A stretch of DNA of 64,000 nt, from assembly GCA_903845055.1 (NCBI GenBank), contig CAIMWF010000046.1, positions 11,712 through 75,711 on the forward strand, written 5' to 3'. Position numbers and translations under genes: made by a program. The stretch is from an uncultured Bacteroidales bacterium. Its GTDB lineage: Bacteria > Bacteroidota > Bacteroidia > Bacteroidales > FEN-979. Within the stretch, counting starts at the first letter, position 1. The number at the start of each line of letters is the position of its first letter. Below, piece after piece: positions 35,757 through 45,366 of this stretch. The notes beneath the pieces were generated by a model. It worked only from the letters and a program-made list of their open reading frames with translations. It was not told where the DNA came from and made no database searches.

Positions 35757-36880
35757 CTGGCCGGTTTATGAAAAACATTGGAGACCAGGATGGCAGCATT
35801 GAACAGCAACAAGATGATTTCATAGAACGGGACCAGGAGAACGAGATCGTTTTCCTTCAGTTTTTTCATGCACCTGGCATAAACAACATACTGCGAAACC
35901 AGGCGCAGCAGAAAGATACCCAGAACGGGGTAGACCGACCAGTTAAATGCGAGCAGCAGGATGAACCCCAAATACGACAACAGCAGACTCAGAGAATAAA
36001 GTCCAAGTAATAACTTATGCCTGAACCTGTACAGGTTGCTTGTAGAAAGGTGCCTCCGTTTCTGCGTTATCCATTGGTCTGCTGTTTGTTTCGGATCAGA
36101 ATAAGTGAAGCTGTCGGGATGGATCACCACCGCGGTGTTTGACCGGCTGGCAACCCTGTTGATGAACAGGTCGTCGTCGCCCGACCTGACCTGGTAGTGT
36201 GAAATGAACCCGTTGTTCTTGTAGAAAAGTTGCTTCAGGTAGGAAAGATTACGCCCGACACCCATGTATGGAATGCCTGCTGAGGCATACGACAGGTACT
36301 GCATGGCAATATGGGCAGTATCGAAACGGATCAGCTTATTCAGCAATCCTTTGCTGCGGTTATAGGCCCCGTAGCCAAGCACGATCTCTGTTTTCTTCGT
36401 ATACCCGGCACGAATACGCGCAAGCCAGTCTTTCGAAGCAGGTTTGCAATCGGCATCGGTGAGAACAACCATGTCGTATTTTGCCGACTTGATCCCAATG
36501 GATAACGGGAATTTTTTGCCGGTAAAAAAGTTCAGATCCTCACGGATAACAATGTTTTTAAGATGGAGATATTTCTCCTGAAGGCTGGTCAGGAGATAAT
36601 GGGTATCATCATCGGAGGAGTGGTCCACCACAAGCACCTCAAAGTCGGGGTAGTCCTGTTCAAGGATCAACGGCAGGTTTTCAGCGAGGTGCCGGTATTC
36701 GTTTCTTGCACAGATGACAACTGAAATGCCTCCCGACCGTTCGCATGATGCCGGATTTGTTTTATGACCAAGCCGCCAGAAAAGAATCCAGTAAAAAAAG
36801 AGCTGCAACAAGATCGCAAAGGAAAAAATTCCCAGCAGGATCAATGGAAATTTATGTGTATTGATCAGCAGATCAAACAT
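35747..36880 (-). CDS. Family 2 glycosyltransferase (membrane-anchored)
   Basis: It has an N-terminal TM helix, then ISVVICARNEYRHLAENLPLILEQDYPDFEVLVVDHSSDDDT and LTDADC (DxD-like), followed by C-terminal TM helices. Confidence 0.8.
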   Translation of the reverse strand: MFDLLINTHKFPLILLGIFSFAILLQLFFYWILFWRLGHKTNPASCERSGGISVVICARNEYRHLAENLPLILEQDYPDFEVLVVDHSSDDDTHYLLTSLQEKYLHLKNIVIREDLNFFTGKKFPLSIGIKSAKYDMVVLTDADCKPASKDWLARIRAGYTKKTEIVLGYGAYNRSKGLLNKLIRFDTAHIAMQYLSYASAGIPYMGVGRNLSYLKQLFYKNNGFISHYQVRSGDDDLFINRVASRSNTAVVIHPDSFTYSDPKQTADQWITQKRRHLSTSNLYRFRHKLLLGLYSLSLLLSYLGFILLLAFNWSVYPVLGIFLLRLVSQYVVYARCMKKLKENDLVLLVPFYEIILLLFNAAILVSNVFHKPARWK

Positions 36881-37036
36881 TTATATAAATTATTACTTTA
36901 ATTGGGCAAAGATATTCATTCTGCCCATACAAAAACCGGTAATGTGTAAAACTTGACAGGAAGGTTGAAAATTTGCCTTGGACCTGTTATAGCGCCGGCC
37001 CAAATTTAAAATGCTTTCAGAAATTACAAGAACCCT

Positions 37037-37044
37037 TACCTTTG
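37037..37044 (+). promoter_or_regulatory. Bacteroidota-type -7 promoter box (TACCTTTG) upstream of tgt
   Basis: This is an exact TAnnTTTG match lying inside the ORF-track version of the tgt ORF, 24 nt upstream of the TTG at 37068. Confidence 0.4.
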
Positions 37045-37067
37045 CGGGTGATTTTAAAACATTTCAT

Positions 37068-38198
37068 TTGAACTTTGACATTCATCACCGTGACCAGGCT
37101 TCATCGGCCAGGGCGGGTATCCTTGTTACCGACCACGGGCCGGTCGAAACCCCGTTTTTTATGCCGGTAGGTACGGCAGGAGCTATAAAGGCGCTGCATA
37201 TCAAAGACCTGCGTGATGAGGTCAAGGCACAGATCATGTTATCGAATACCTATCATTTATACCTGAGACCGGGCGCCGACATCATTTCACAGGCCGGCGG
37301 CCTTCACAAATTCAACGGGTGGGACAAGCCCATCCTGACCGACAGTGGCGGCTACCAGATCTATTCTCTTGGCGATATCCGCAAATTCACCGACGACGGG
37401 GTGGTTTTTCAATCGCATATCGACGGATCCAAACACGTTTTCACTCCCGAAAAGGCAATGGAAGTCCAGCGCGACCTGGGTGCCGATATCATCATGGCTT
37501 TCGATGAATGCACACCATACCCCTGCGATGAAACATACGCAAGGAAGTCGATGAAGCGAACGCATTACTGGCTGACCCGCTGTGTCGCCCATTTTGCAAA
37601 AACCTCCTGCCCTCACGGATATAGCCAGAGCCTCTTCCCGATTGTCCAGGGAAGTGTATATCCTGAACTGCGTGCCGAATCTGCAAGGTTCATCGCTGCT
37701 ACCGGGGCACCCGGGAACGCGATCGGCGGGTTGTCGGTGGGAGAACCGGCACAGATGATGTACGACATGACCGGACTGGTATGCGAAATACTGCCAGATG
37801 ACAAACCCCGTTACCTGATGGGCGTCGGTACACCGGCCAACATCATCGAAGGCATTGCCCTCGGGATCGACATGTTTGATTGCGTAATCCCCACCAGGAA
37901 CGGCCGTAACGGGATGCTGTTCACAAGAAACGGCATCATCAATATAAAAAATGAGAAGTGGAAGGATGACTTTTCTCCACTCGAGGCCGACGGGGAGGTT
38001 TTTGCCGACCTGCAGTACAACAAAGCTTTCCTGCGTCATATGTTCATTTCCCGTGAAATCCTTGCATCAATGATCGCCACCATGCACAATCTCGGGTTCT
38101 ATATGTGGCTGATGAAAGAGGCCAGACAGCAGATCATCGCGGGGACCTTTGTTTCATGGAAGGAACGGATGGTTAAGCAGCTGATGCAACGTTTGTAA
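37068..38198 (+). CDS. tgt: tRNA-guanine transglycosylase (queuine tRNA-ribosyltransferase)
   Basis: Motifs present: ETPFFMPVGTAG, LTDSGGYQ, GLSVGEP and DCVIPTRNGRNG. With the TTG at 37068 the product (M)NFDIHHRDQASSARAGIL... aligns residue for residue with the canonical MKFEL..TDG.ARRG.L N-terminus and is 376 aa. The ATG at 37011 remains a possible alternative start. Confidence 0.9.
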   Translation: MNFDIHHRDQASSARAGILVTDHGPVETPFFMPVGTAGAIKALHIKDLRDEVKAQIMLSNTYHLYLRPGADIISQAGGLHKFNGWDKPILTDSGGYQIYSLGDIRKFTDDGVVFQSHIDGSKHVFTPEKAMEVQRDLGADIIMAFDECTPYPCDETYARKSMKRTHYWLTRCVAHFAKTSCPHGYSQSLFPIVQGSVYPELRAESARFIAATGAPGNAIGGLSVGEPAQMMYDMTGLVCEILPDDKPRYLMGVGTPANIIEGIALGIDMFDCVIPTRNGRNGMLFTRNGIINIKNEKWKDDFSPLEADGEVFADLQYNKAFLRHMFISREILASMIATMHNLGFYMWLMKEARQQIIAGTFVSWKERMVKQLMQRL

Positions 38199-38218
38199 TA
38201 TTTTTACGTTTATTTTTC

Positions 38219-39298
38219 ATGCGCACGATTGACCGCTACATCATTAAAAAATTCCTGGGGACCTTTTTCTTTACCCTGATCCTGCTGATTTTCATCGTGA
38301 TCGTCTTTGACATTTCGGAAAAAATCGATGATTTCCTGCGCCATGATGCTCCGCTCCATGCCATCATCTTCGTCTATTATCTCAACTTCGTCCCCTATTT
38401 CATCAACGAGTTCAGCTACCTGCTGACTTTCATCGCTGTAATCTTCTTCACCAGCCGAATGGCCTCCGATTCGGAAATCATAGCCATCCTGAGCAGTGGC
38501 ATCAGTTTCTGGAGAATGCTTTACCCATATTTCATTTCTGCCGCAGCACTTGGGTTGCTCTCTTTTTTCCTTGCCAATTTCATCATCCCGTACACCAACC
38601 GGAGCATGTTTGCATTTGAAAATCAATATATTCACGATCCAAAAAAAGAATTTACCGACCAGAATATTCACAAGCAGATCAGCCCGGGTACCTTCATTTA
38701 TCTCGAGAATTTCAACATTCACACCAAGGTCGGGTGGAAATTCACCCTCGAGAAATTTGAAAAACGCGAGCTGGTATTTAAACTGAAGGCGGAAGAAATT
38801 GCCTGGGACAGCCTGCATTCCCGTTGGGGAATATCCAATTATTACAGCAGGAGGATCAACGGCATGGAGGAATCGATCAGGAAAAGCAAGAAGCTCGACA
38901 CAATCCTTCCTTTCGTCCCGGCCGACTTTACCGAGGATATCGAGGAGGTCAAGATCATGAATTATTTTGTACTGCAAAAGCACATCAAGGATAAAGAGTT
39001 GCGTGGCGATCCCGACGTGATCAAGTTCAAGGTCAAAAAATACGAGCGCATCGCATTCCCCTTCGCTACCCTCATCCTGACGGTGATCGGGGTATCGGTT
39101 TCAAGCAGGAAAGTGAGAGGAGGCATCGGTTTTCACCTGGGTATGGGGCTAGCACTTACCTTCATCTACATCCTGTTCATGCAAATCTTTACCGTTTTCG
39201 CCACCTTCGGCGATCTTCCACCGTTCATCGCGGTGTGGATCCCCAACCTGATCTTTGGCGTGATCGCCTTCTTCCTCATCAAGATAGCACCGAAATAA
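38219..39298 (+). CDS. LptF/LptG-family (YjgP/YjgQ) LPS export permease
   Basis: The N-terminus MRTIDRYIIKKFLGTFFFTLILLIFIVIVFD is characteristic. The protein has six predicted TM segments around a central periplasmic domain. Confidence 0.8.
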   Translation: MRTIDRYIIKKFLGTFFFTLILLIFIVIVFDISEKIDDFLRHDAPLHAIIFVYYLNFVPYFINEFSYLLTFIAVIFFTSRMASDSEIIAILSSGISFWRMLYPYFISAAALGLLSFFLANFIIPYTNRSMFAFENQYIHDPKKEFTDQNIHKQISPGTFIYLENFNIHTKVGWKFTLEKFEKRELVFKLKAEEIAWDSLHSRWGISNYYSRRINGMEESIRKSKKLDTILPFVPADFTEDIEEVKIMNYFVLQKHIKDKELRGDPDVIKFKVKKYERIAFPFATLILTVIGVSVSSRKVRGGIGFHLGMGLALTFIYILFMQIFTVFATFGDLPPFIAVWIPNLIFGVIAFFLIKIAPK

Positions 39299-39326
39299 AT
39301 CTTAACAAAGATTGACATGTAACGCG

Positions 39327-40553
39327 TTATGCGTTTCGAATTCCGATTCTTTCCATACAGAGATCCGACAGTATTTTGCCCCAGATCAGGATGCACGGCA
39401 CCACCTTGATAACATAGTCGGCAAAAATACCTTCCCTGATCACAGCAGGGAACAGGTCGGTGGAAGAAAGGGAGGTGAAAAGGACAACCAGGTATAACAG
39501 GAGCCAATCAGCCCAACGCACCCTGGCCGACATAAAAAGAATGTAAAACCCGGAGGTTGCAATGATGAAGCTGGAAGATTCTGCCTTATGGTTGAAGATC
39601 AGCATCCAGATCATGACAGCAGACAGGAACATCACCCGGAAGCCATATTCATGAAACTTCCTGTACCTCAACAAAGGCAAACAAAGCAGGATGAAGCCTG
39701 CCAGCACGACAAACACCTTTGACAAATCAAGACTGAACCAGGCTTTAAGCCAACCCATCACCGAGAGTCCATATGAAACGGACTGGTCCATCTTCAGCAG
39801 TTCAAAATACTGGAGGTAGGCTGTCAGCAACTGATCAAATCCGATGGCTGTTAGCGGAAGTAGCCCGAGCAGGAGGAACGACAGGACCGTGTAACCCAGG
39901 ATTTTCCTTCGTTTCGGGTATAGCAGGAAAAGCAGGATGGCAATGATCCCGAAAATTTTGATATAGAAGGTGGCAAGGATGCACAGGGTTGCAAGGAAAT
40001 AATACTTTTTTTCAAGCAGTCCGAAGCCACAGATGATGAGTCCTGCGACCAGCACATTGCTTTGGCTGTTCTGCAGCGAGTTCATGACATCGGGGGCCGA
40101 CAACAGCAGGATCAGCGCCTTCCTGTTGAGGCCAGGGAGCGGCAACAGCCAAACGGCAAACAGGAACGTAAGGATGTTAAGCAGGTTCCAGAGGGTAAGA
40201 CCGAGCCAGTCGGGAAGGTATGCAAGTGACCCGAACAAAAATGCAAAGGTCGGGCTGTATTTATACAGGTCGATCTGTTCAGCCCTGTATTCGGCATAGA
40301 GGTTTTTCCCTTCGAGCAGGTGAAAATGGCTCCGCTGGTAGATTACATAATTGTTGTACTTGGTGTAGGCCGGCCCCGTGTTGCCGGGAACGATTTTCCT
40401 TTTAAGGACAAGAGCCTGCGTGGTTGCAAACAGGGTGACGAGGATATAAAGGCCAATCATGCCCATGAAAAGCTTATCCTGAAGATGGAACTTTCTCATG
40501 GCATTATGAAACAGTTTCGCCGGGGATAACCTATTTTCAGACTGTCCCATCAT
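39327..40553 (-). CDS. Polytopic membrane protein, GT87/DUF2029-like glycosyltransferase
   Basis: It has ~10 TM helices and an early loop with LYAEY....DLYKYSPTFAFLF, reminiscent of DUF2029 mannosyltransferase-like proteins. The family call is tentative. Confidence 0.5.
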   Translation of the reverse strand: MMGQSENRLSPAKLFHNAMRKFHLQDKLFMGMIGLYILVTLFATTQALVLKRKIVPGNTGPAYTKYNNYVIYQRSHFHLLEGKNLYAEYRAEQIDLYKYSPTFAFLFGSLAYLPDWLGLTLWNLLNILTFLFAVWLLPLPGLNRKALILLLSAPDVMNSLQNSQSNVLVAGLIICGFGLLEKKYYFLATLCILATFYIKIFGIIAILLFLLYPKRRKILGYTVLSFLLLGLLPLTAIGFDQLLTAYLQYFELLKMDQSVSYGLSVMGWLKAWFSLDLSKVFVVLAGFILLCLPLLRYRKFHEYGFRVMFLSAVMIWMLIFNHKAESSSFIIATSGFYILFMSARVRWADWLLLYLVVLFTSLSSTDLFPAVIREGIFADYVIKVVPCILIWGKILSDLCMERIGIRNA

Positions 40554-41356
40554 GAATTCCAGGTATAACAGCCCGGGAATTGACCGTCAAGGCAGGGAGG
40601 TTCACTGAAAAGGCCGAACAATGATGACCCGCTTCCCGACATGGAGGCATAAATGGCACCTGCTTCATAAAGTTTCGATTTTATATTGCCAAGCATCGGA
40701 TGTTTCTCGAAAACAGGGACTTCAAAATCATTGACAAGCCGATCCTTCCACCGGTCGGCAGGAAGTTTCAGTATATCCTTTAACGGCTGGACCGGGGTTG
40801 AAGGAACGATAGCAGAATAGGCATCCCTGGTGGTTACATGGACCCCGGGGATGACCAGCATGATTTTCAGCCCGGCAATATCCGCCTCAACAGGTTCAAA
40901 ACGATCTCCCCTTTCGAATGCAAAACACGCCTTGTTTTCAATAAAGAAGGCACAGTCGCTGCCCAGAACGCGTGCATACGCTGCCAGCCGGTCATGATTC
41001 AGCCCCAATGCAAATACTTTGTCAAGCAATTTCAGGGCAAAGGCGCAATCGGACGATCCGCCGCCAAGCCCCGCGCCCATGGGGATCACTTTATGGAGGT
41101 GCATTTTCACGGCCGGCAGGTTGAATTCATGTTGCAGCAACCGGAAGGCCCTGACGCACAGGTTCTCTTCAATTTCACAGGCAACGGTCAGCCCGGTGGA
41201 ATGGAATTCAAAGATGCCGTCTTCCGCAAGGATAATCTCAAGCGCATCAGAAAAAGGAACCGGGAAAAGGGCTGTCTCAATGTCGTGATATCCATCTGCA
41301 CGTTTTCCGACGATGTTTAAGCCGAGATTGATTTTGCAGTTTGGAAGTAGTACCAT
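40550..41356 (-). CDS. ispE: 4-diphosphocytidyl-2-C-methyl-D-erythritol kinase
   Basis: Motifs present: KINLGLNIVGKRADGYHDIETALFPV, and the GHMP kinase motif PMGAGLGGGSSDCA. Confidence 0.9.
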   Translation of the reverse strand: MVLLPNCKINLGLNIVGKRADGYHDIETALFPVPFSDALEIILAEDGIFEFHSTGLTVACEIEENLCVRAFRLLQHEFNLPAVKMHLHKVIPMGAGLGGGSSDCAFALKLLDKVFALGLNHDRLAAYARVLGSDCAFFIENKACFAFERGDRFEPVEADIAGLKIMLVIPGVHVTTRDAYSAIVPSTPVQPLKDILKLPADRWKDRLVNDFEVPVFEKHPMLGNIKSKLYEAGAIYASMSGSGSSLFGLFSEPPCLDGQFPGCYTWNS

Positions 41357-41452
41357 CCGTTGTGATGTCCATCAATTAAGAAATCGGGATAAAGTTATCA
41401 ATATTTCAGTTTATTGTTAGCTCATTCAAGGGATGTCGCAAAAAATTCAACA

Positions 41453-42676
41453 TTATTTGCCGTCGGGAAATTTGTCAGGTTTTGAAAATGCCGGGTTCGA
41501 AACGAACGAACTGTCGGTAAGGGTCAGCAGGAAGGCTTTCAGGTCGGCGAGCTGTCCGGGGACCAGCTTTACCCCATGCGTACCGATATGATGCATGAGG
41601 GGACTGATGGAAGGCGACCATACCAGTTCAGAGTTATAAAATTTAAGCACCTCATCCAGTGTTTTATAGCGGCCGTCATGCATGTAAGGGGGCCTGAAGA
41701 CGAGGTTCCTCAGGGTGGGCGCCTTGTATGCGCCGATATCATTTAACCGGCCGGTGATGCCGGAACGGTCGCCAGGGTCGGTGAATATGGAATCCTTGCC
41801 ATTGTTGTAAAAGAGATTGGTGGTGAACAGCGGATTTCCGTCCCCGCCGTGGCAATGAAAGCAATCGCCTCCCTGTTCGGTCATGAAAAGAACATAGCCG
41901 TTCCGCTCAGATGGTGACATCTGGTATTCGCCCTGCAAATACCGATCGAACCGGGAATCGGCAGAGATCAGCGTTCTGACGAATTGGGCAATGGCACGTC
42001 CCATGTTTTTCACTGTGACATGACCCGATCCGAAAGCCTTCATGAACAGGGCAGGGTAACCAGGTATGGTTTGGAAGAGGGCGGCAACCCTCGCGGTGTC
42101 GCCATGAATTTCATGCGGGGCGACAATGGCCATCCAGGTCACATCCTCCAGGGTTCTCATCGCCGGGTTTGCGTTTTCCACCGACACCTTCCCATTCCAC
42201 AGGAACCCATGGTTTGTCCAGGCGAGGTTGATCATCGGCATCATGAAGTGGGGCGTGAGTATCCCGGTCAACCCGTATGTCTGCCCGTTGGGGAACATGG
42301 CCCCACCCATCCCGCATTCAAAGGAATGAGCCTGGTCATGACAGGTGGAGCAGCTCATGAGCGAATCCGGAAAGGTCCTTCCCGACATACGGCCATCGTA
42401 AAAAAGGTAACGGCCAAGGGTAATTCCCTCCTCGGTCAGTGGATTATCGGCTACAATGTTCAACTGACCGGGAAAGAACCTGGGGACCGATATTTTGTAC
42501 GGTGTGGTCTGGAAGACATTGGTTTGAGCCGGTTTTTTATTGCATGATACCATGTAAAAGGAAAGAACCGCCAGCAATATGATCCCGTCAAACCTCACCC
42601 GGCCCAGGAATTCGCAGGTTGTCACCCGGTAACCGGCTACCGGGGTTTGCTCAATGCTGTCTGCCCGTTTTTTCAT
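41453..42676 (-). CDS. Di-haem cytochrome c peroxidase family protein (MauG/MbnH-like), lipoprotein
   Basis: There are two CxxCH haem motifs (CSTCHDQ, CFHCHGG), plus PTLRN and PYMHDGR, typical of the CCP/MauG family. I set the start at ATG 42676 (MKKRADS...), giving a lipobox-like LAVLSFYMVSC. The longer ORF-track version overlaps the upstream gene. Confidence 0.8.
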   Translation of the reverse strand: MKKRADSIEQTPVAGYRVTTCEFLGRVRFDGIILLAVLSFYMVSCNKKPAQTNVFQTTPYKISVPRFFPGQLNIVADNPLTEEGITLGRYLFYDGRMSGRTFPDSLMSCSTCHDQAHSFECGMGGAMFPNGQTYGLTGILTPHFMMPMINLAWTNHGFLWNGKVSVENANPAMRTLEDVTWMAIVAPHEIHGDTARVAALFQTIPGYPALFMKAFGSGHVTVKNMGRAIAQFVRTLISADSRFDRYLQGEYQMSPSERNGYVLFMTEQGGDCFHCHGGDGNPLFTTNLFYNNGKDSIFTDPGDRSGITGRLNDIGAYKAPTLRNLVFRPPYMHDGRYKTLDEVLKFYNSELVWSPSISPLMHHIGTHGVKLVPGQLADLKAFLLTLTDSSFVSNPAFSKPDKFPDGK

Positions 42677-42707
42677 TTTCTCCTGTCTTTTTGCCTGGTA
42701 TATGGTT

Positions 42708-43505
42708 TTACCGGATGACCTCTCCTTCAAAAACCCCCGTTCCATTGACACATGCCCTGTGCATCCCCTCCTGGTATTGCATGATACCACCGGGATAATT
42801 GTCAAAATCGAATGTTTCGATACCGTCAAACCAGCGGTCGACCTGCATGATACATTGCAAGCCCTGTACCTTGCCCCCGGTAATGACAACAGGGGTTTTC
42901 AGGGTGACAGGGAAAAAATTCTGGACATACGCCGTGATCGAATCCGGGTCGGGAAGTGTGGAACTGTATACCTGGCCGATACCCAGGTGGAACATGAATG
43001 GTTTCAGAACCGATCCGGCTGATGACCGGTACATCAGGTTCATCTTCATATAGTGATATCCTCCTCCAAGTATGTCGGGCCAGGCCATATCGCGCTCGGG
43101 GGGATCGGGAAAACGGTTTGAACGGTTTTTAGCTGCGTTTATCCCGAATGTAAATACCAGCGAATCATATTTTCCGGGGGGTATTCCGTCCTTCAGGGAC
43201 CATTGCATGCTGCCCGGGATGCGACCGTCAATGTAATGAATACCGCTGTCGGATGTGAGTTGCAGGGTTTTCCCTCCATCATGATACAAACGGATGTCTG
43301 AAATAAAATACTGGAGGTCGGCAACCATGTATGGGTGCCCGGTAGCCGTGGTATACAGCAGGGTATCGGTCAGCAGCGGTCGTCCGCCAACGGTGTGACT
43401 GAATTCCATCCGGATTTTTCCAAACGGGCGGTATATTGTTTCCGACGGTTTACAGCAGCCTGCAACCTCAATAAGCAGAACAAAGAAAAATAGCCGGTTT
43501 TTCAT
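42708..43505 (-). CDS. Lipoprotein, putative MbnP-like partner of the di-haem peroxidase
   Basis: It has a lipobox-like N-terminus [18 protein letters not shown]. It sits immediately upstream of a MauG/MbnH-like peroxidase, the gene order seen for MbnP-MbnH pairs. It is beta-rich with a conserved-looking [17 protein letters not shown] segment. The family call rests on context and general resemblance only. Confidence 0.45.
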   Translation of the reverse strand: MKNRLFFFVLLIEVAGCCKPSETIYRPFGKIRMEFSHTVGGRPLLTDTLLYTTATGHPYMVADLQYFISDIRLYHDGGKTLQLTSDSGIHYIDGRIPGSMQWSLKDGIPPGKYDSLVFTFGINAAKNRSNRFPDPPERDMAWPDILGGGYHYMKMNLMYRSSAGSVLKPFMFHLGIGQVYSSTLPDPDSITAYVQNFFPVTLKTPVVITGGKVQGLQCIMQVDRWFDGIETFDFDNYPGGIMQYQEGMHRACVNGTGVFEGEVIR

Positions 43506-44185
43506 GATAGTCTCCAGTCAATTTCATTAACGCCCTGTTCCCGCAATAAATTGTTGATTTTTGAAAAATGTCCGCATCCGAAAAAACCCCTGTGCGCCGA
43601 CAAGGGAGACGGATGGACGGCTGTCAGGATAAAATGGCGTGAAGTATCGATCAGTGCTTTTTTTGCAATGGCGTAATTCCCCCAGAGTACGAAAACCAGC
43701 CCGCTTCGGCGTGCCGACAGCTGCCTGATGGCTTCATCGGTGAATTGCTCCCATCCGTGGTTCTGGTGCGAACCAGCCTGGTTCTGGCGTACGGTAAGGG
43801 TTGCATTGAGGAGCAGGACTCCCTGGTCGGCCCAGCGGGTGAGATCACCGCATTCAGGCGGCGGAATTCCAAGATCGGACTGCAGTTCCTTGAAAATATT
43901 TACGAGGGAGGGAGGGTGAGGGATGCCAGCCGGGACAGAGAAACATAACCCCTGGGCCTGCCCCGGTCCGTGGTATGGGTCCTGGCCTAACAATACTACC
44001 TTAACCCTGTCGAATGGCGTGTGATCAAATGCATTGAAGATCAATTTACCCGGAGGAAAAACAAGGTATTTCCCCTTTTCCCCGAGCAGGAACTCCTTGA
44101 GACTGATGAAATATTCTTTCCCAAACTCCTCCTGCAGCGCGAATTTCCAGCTGGCGTCCAGTACAGGATTGACTTTCTCCGTCAT
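43502..44185 (-). CDS. ung: Uracil-DNA glycosylase (family 1)
   Basis: Motifs present: [31 protein letters not shown] and HPSPLSA. Confidence 0.92.
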   Translation of the reverse strand: MTEKVNPVLDASWKFALQEEFGKEYFISLKEFLLGEKGKYLVFPPGKLIFNAFDHTPFDRVKVVLLGQDPYHGPGQAQGLCFSVPAGIPHPPSLVNIFKELQSDLGIPPPECGDLTRWADQGVLLLNATLTVRQNQAGSHQNHGWEQFTDEAIRQLSARRSGLVFVLWGNYAIAKKALIDTSRHFILTAVHPSPLSAHRGFFGCGHFSKINNLLREQGVNEIDWRLS

Positions 44186-44235
44186 TTTATAAACTTTTTG
44201 ACGTTGATAACTTTACACAATAAAATCTGAAATTG

Positions 44236-44267
44236 TTTGTTCATTACCTTATATAGCAGTACTTTTG
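44236..44267 (+). promoter_or_regulatory. Bacteroidota promoter: -33 TTTG (44236-44239) and -7 TACTTTTG (44260-44267)
   Basis: Both elements match the consensus and are separated by a 20-nt spacer. The -7 box ends 34 nt upstream of the small-lipoprotein ATG at 44302. Confidence 0.55.
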
Positions 44268-44301
44268 CGTCATATTTCACTAATCATCAGAAGCAGACAC
44301 C

Positions 44302-44424
44302 ATGAAAAAAATACTTTTTATATTATTGGCCACTGTCCTTTTAGGTATTGTTTCTTCCTGCACATCCAACCAACATTGTGCTGCATATGGTGAAAAACAA
44401 AGGTACCAAATTGAGCGTCGCTAG
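44302..44424 (+). CDS. Small (40 aa) putative lipoprotein, absent from the ORF track
   Basis: The product is MKKILFILLATVLLGIVSSCTSNQHCAAYGEKQRYQIERR*, a classic signal peptide plus lipobox Cys. It follows the strongest promoter match in the window. Confidence 0.5.
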   Translation: MKKILFILLATVLLGIVSSCTSNQHCAAYGEKQRYQIERR

Positions 44425-44519
44425 AAGATCTTTTCCATTTGATTTTTTTCTGAATGGGAGGCTCCGGCTTCCCATTTCTTTTTTCTTTTGTACCTTTGTT
44501 CCCAGCTGATGCGACGTTC

Positions 44520-45284
44520 ATGAAACGCTTCCACCTTATTTTCATCCTTGTCCTGGTAACCGCCGGAGGGTATTTTGCCCGTGGCCAGTCGGAGGCTGTG
44601 GCTGATACCACCCCCGAGAATGTGCTGCTTGAAAAACAATGGTGCATTGGTGCCATGCTGCATACCAACGGCTGGGGGCTGAAGTTCAGGAAAGGCAGGA
44701 ATGTTACCGTACTTAGGCAGTTCATGTGGGAATTCGAGTTTTCCACCTACAAATCCCCCAAGGAGATCAGGAGTATCAATCCCAATTACTCCGATTCGCG
44801 CACCTTCATTTACGGGAAACTCAATTATGTATGGTTTTTGCGCGGCGGGTTAGGGCAGCAACATATCCTGAACCGTAAACCTTACTGGGGCGGGGTCCAG
44901 TTAAGCTGGCTCTATTACGGCGGATTTTCCCTGGCGGTAACCAAACCGGTATACCTCTACATCATTTACAAGCGCGATGGCTACCCGGATCAGTTCCGGG
45001 AGGAAAAGTACAACCCCAATACCCAACAAATCTACGATATCTTCAGCAGGGGCTCTTTTTTGTCGGGGTTCAACCAGCTTGGGTTTCACCCGGGCGTATA
45101 CGGAAAAACCGCGCTTGACTTTGAATTCGGAACGAAAAACAGGCTGATTAGTGCACTCGAAGCCGGCATAACACTCGACTACTCCCCTATTCCCATTGCG
45201 ATAATGGCCTACAATCCGAGGCAGAGTTTCTTCCTTACCCTTTATGTCAGTTTCATGTTTGGCAAACGGTACAACAAATATTAA
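44520..45284 (+). CDS. Exported hypothetical protein, probable small outer-membrane beta-barrel
   Basis: I moved the start to ATG 44520, giving a signal peptide MKRFHLIFILVLVTAGGYFARGQ. The protein has alternating aromatic/hydrophilic beta-strand-like segments and a C-terminus ...LYVSFMFGKRYNKY. Confidence 0.55.
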   Translation: MKRFHLIFILVLVTAGGYFARGQSEAVADTTPENVLLEKQWCIGAMLHTNGWGLKFRKGRNVTVLRQFMWEFEFSTYKSPKEIRSINPNYSDSRTFIYGKLNYVWFLRGGLGQQHILNRKPYWGGVQLSWLYYGGFSLAVTKPVYLYIIYKRDGYPDQFREEKYNPNTQQIYDIFSRGSFLSGFNQLGFHPGVYGKTALDFEFGTKNRLISALEAGITLDYSPIPIAIMAYNPRQSFFLTLYVSFMFGKRYNKY

Positions 45285-45366
45285 ACCGTAGCGAAAAAAA
45301 CATATCCGGATTATCACCCGGTCAATAATTTCCACCTGTTATTAATCCCTTGCTGCCGTCACTGGT

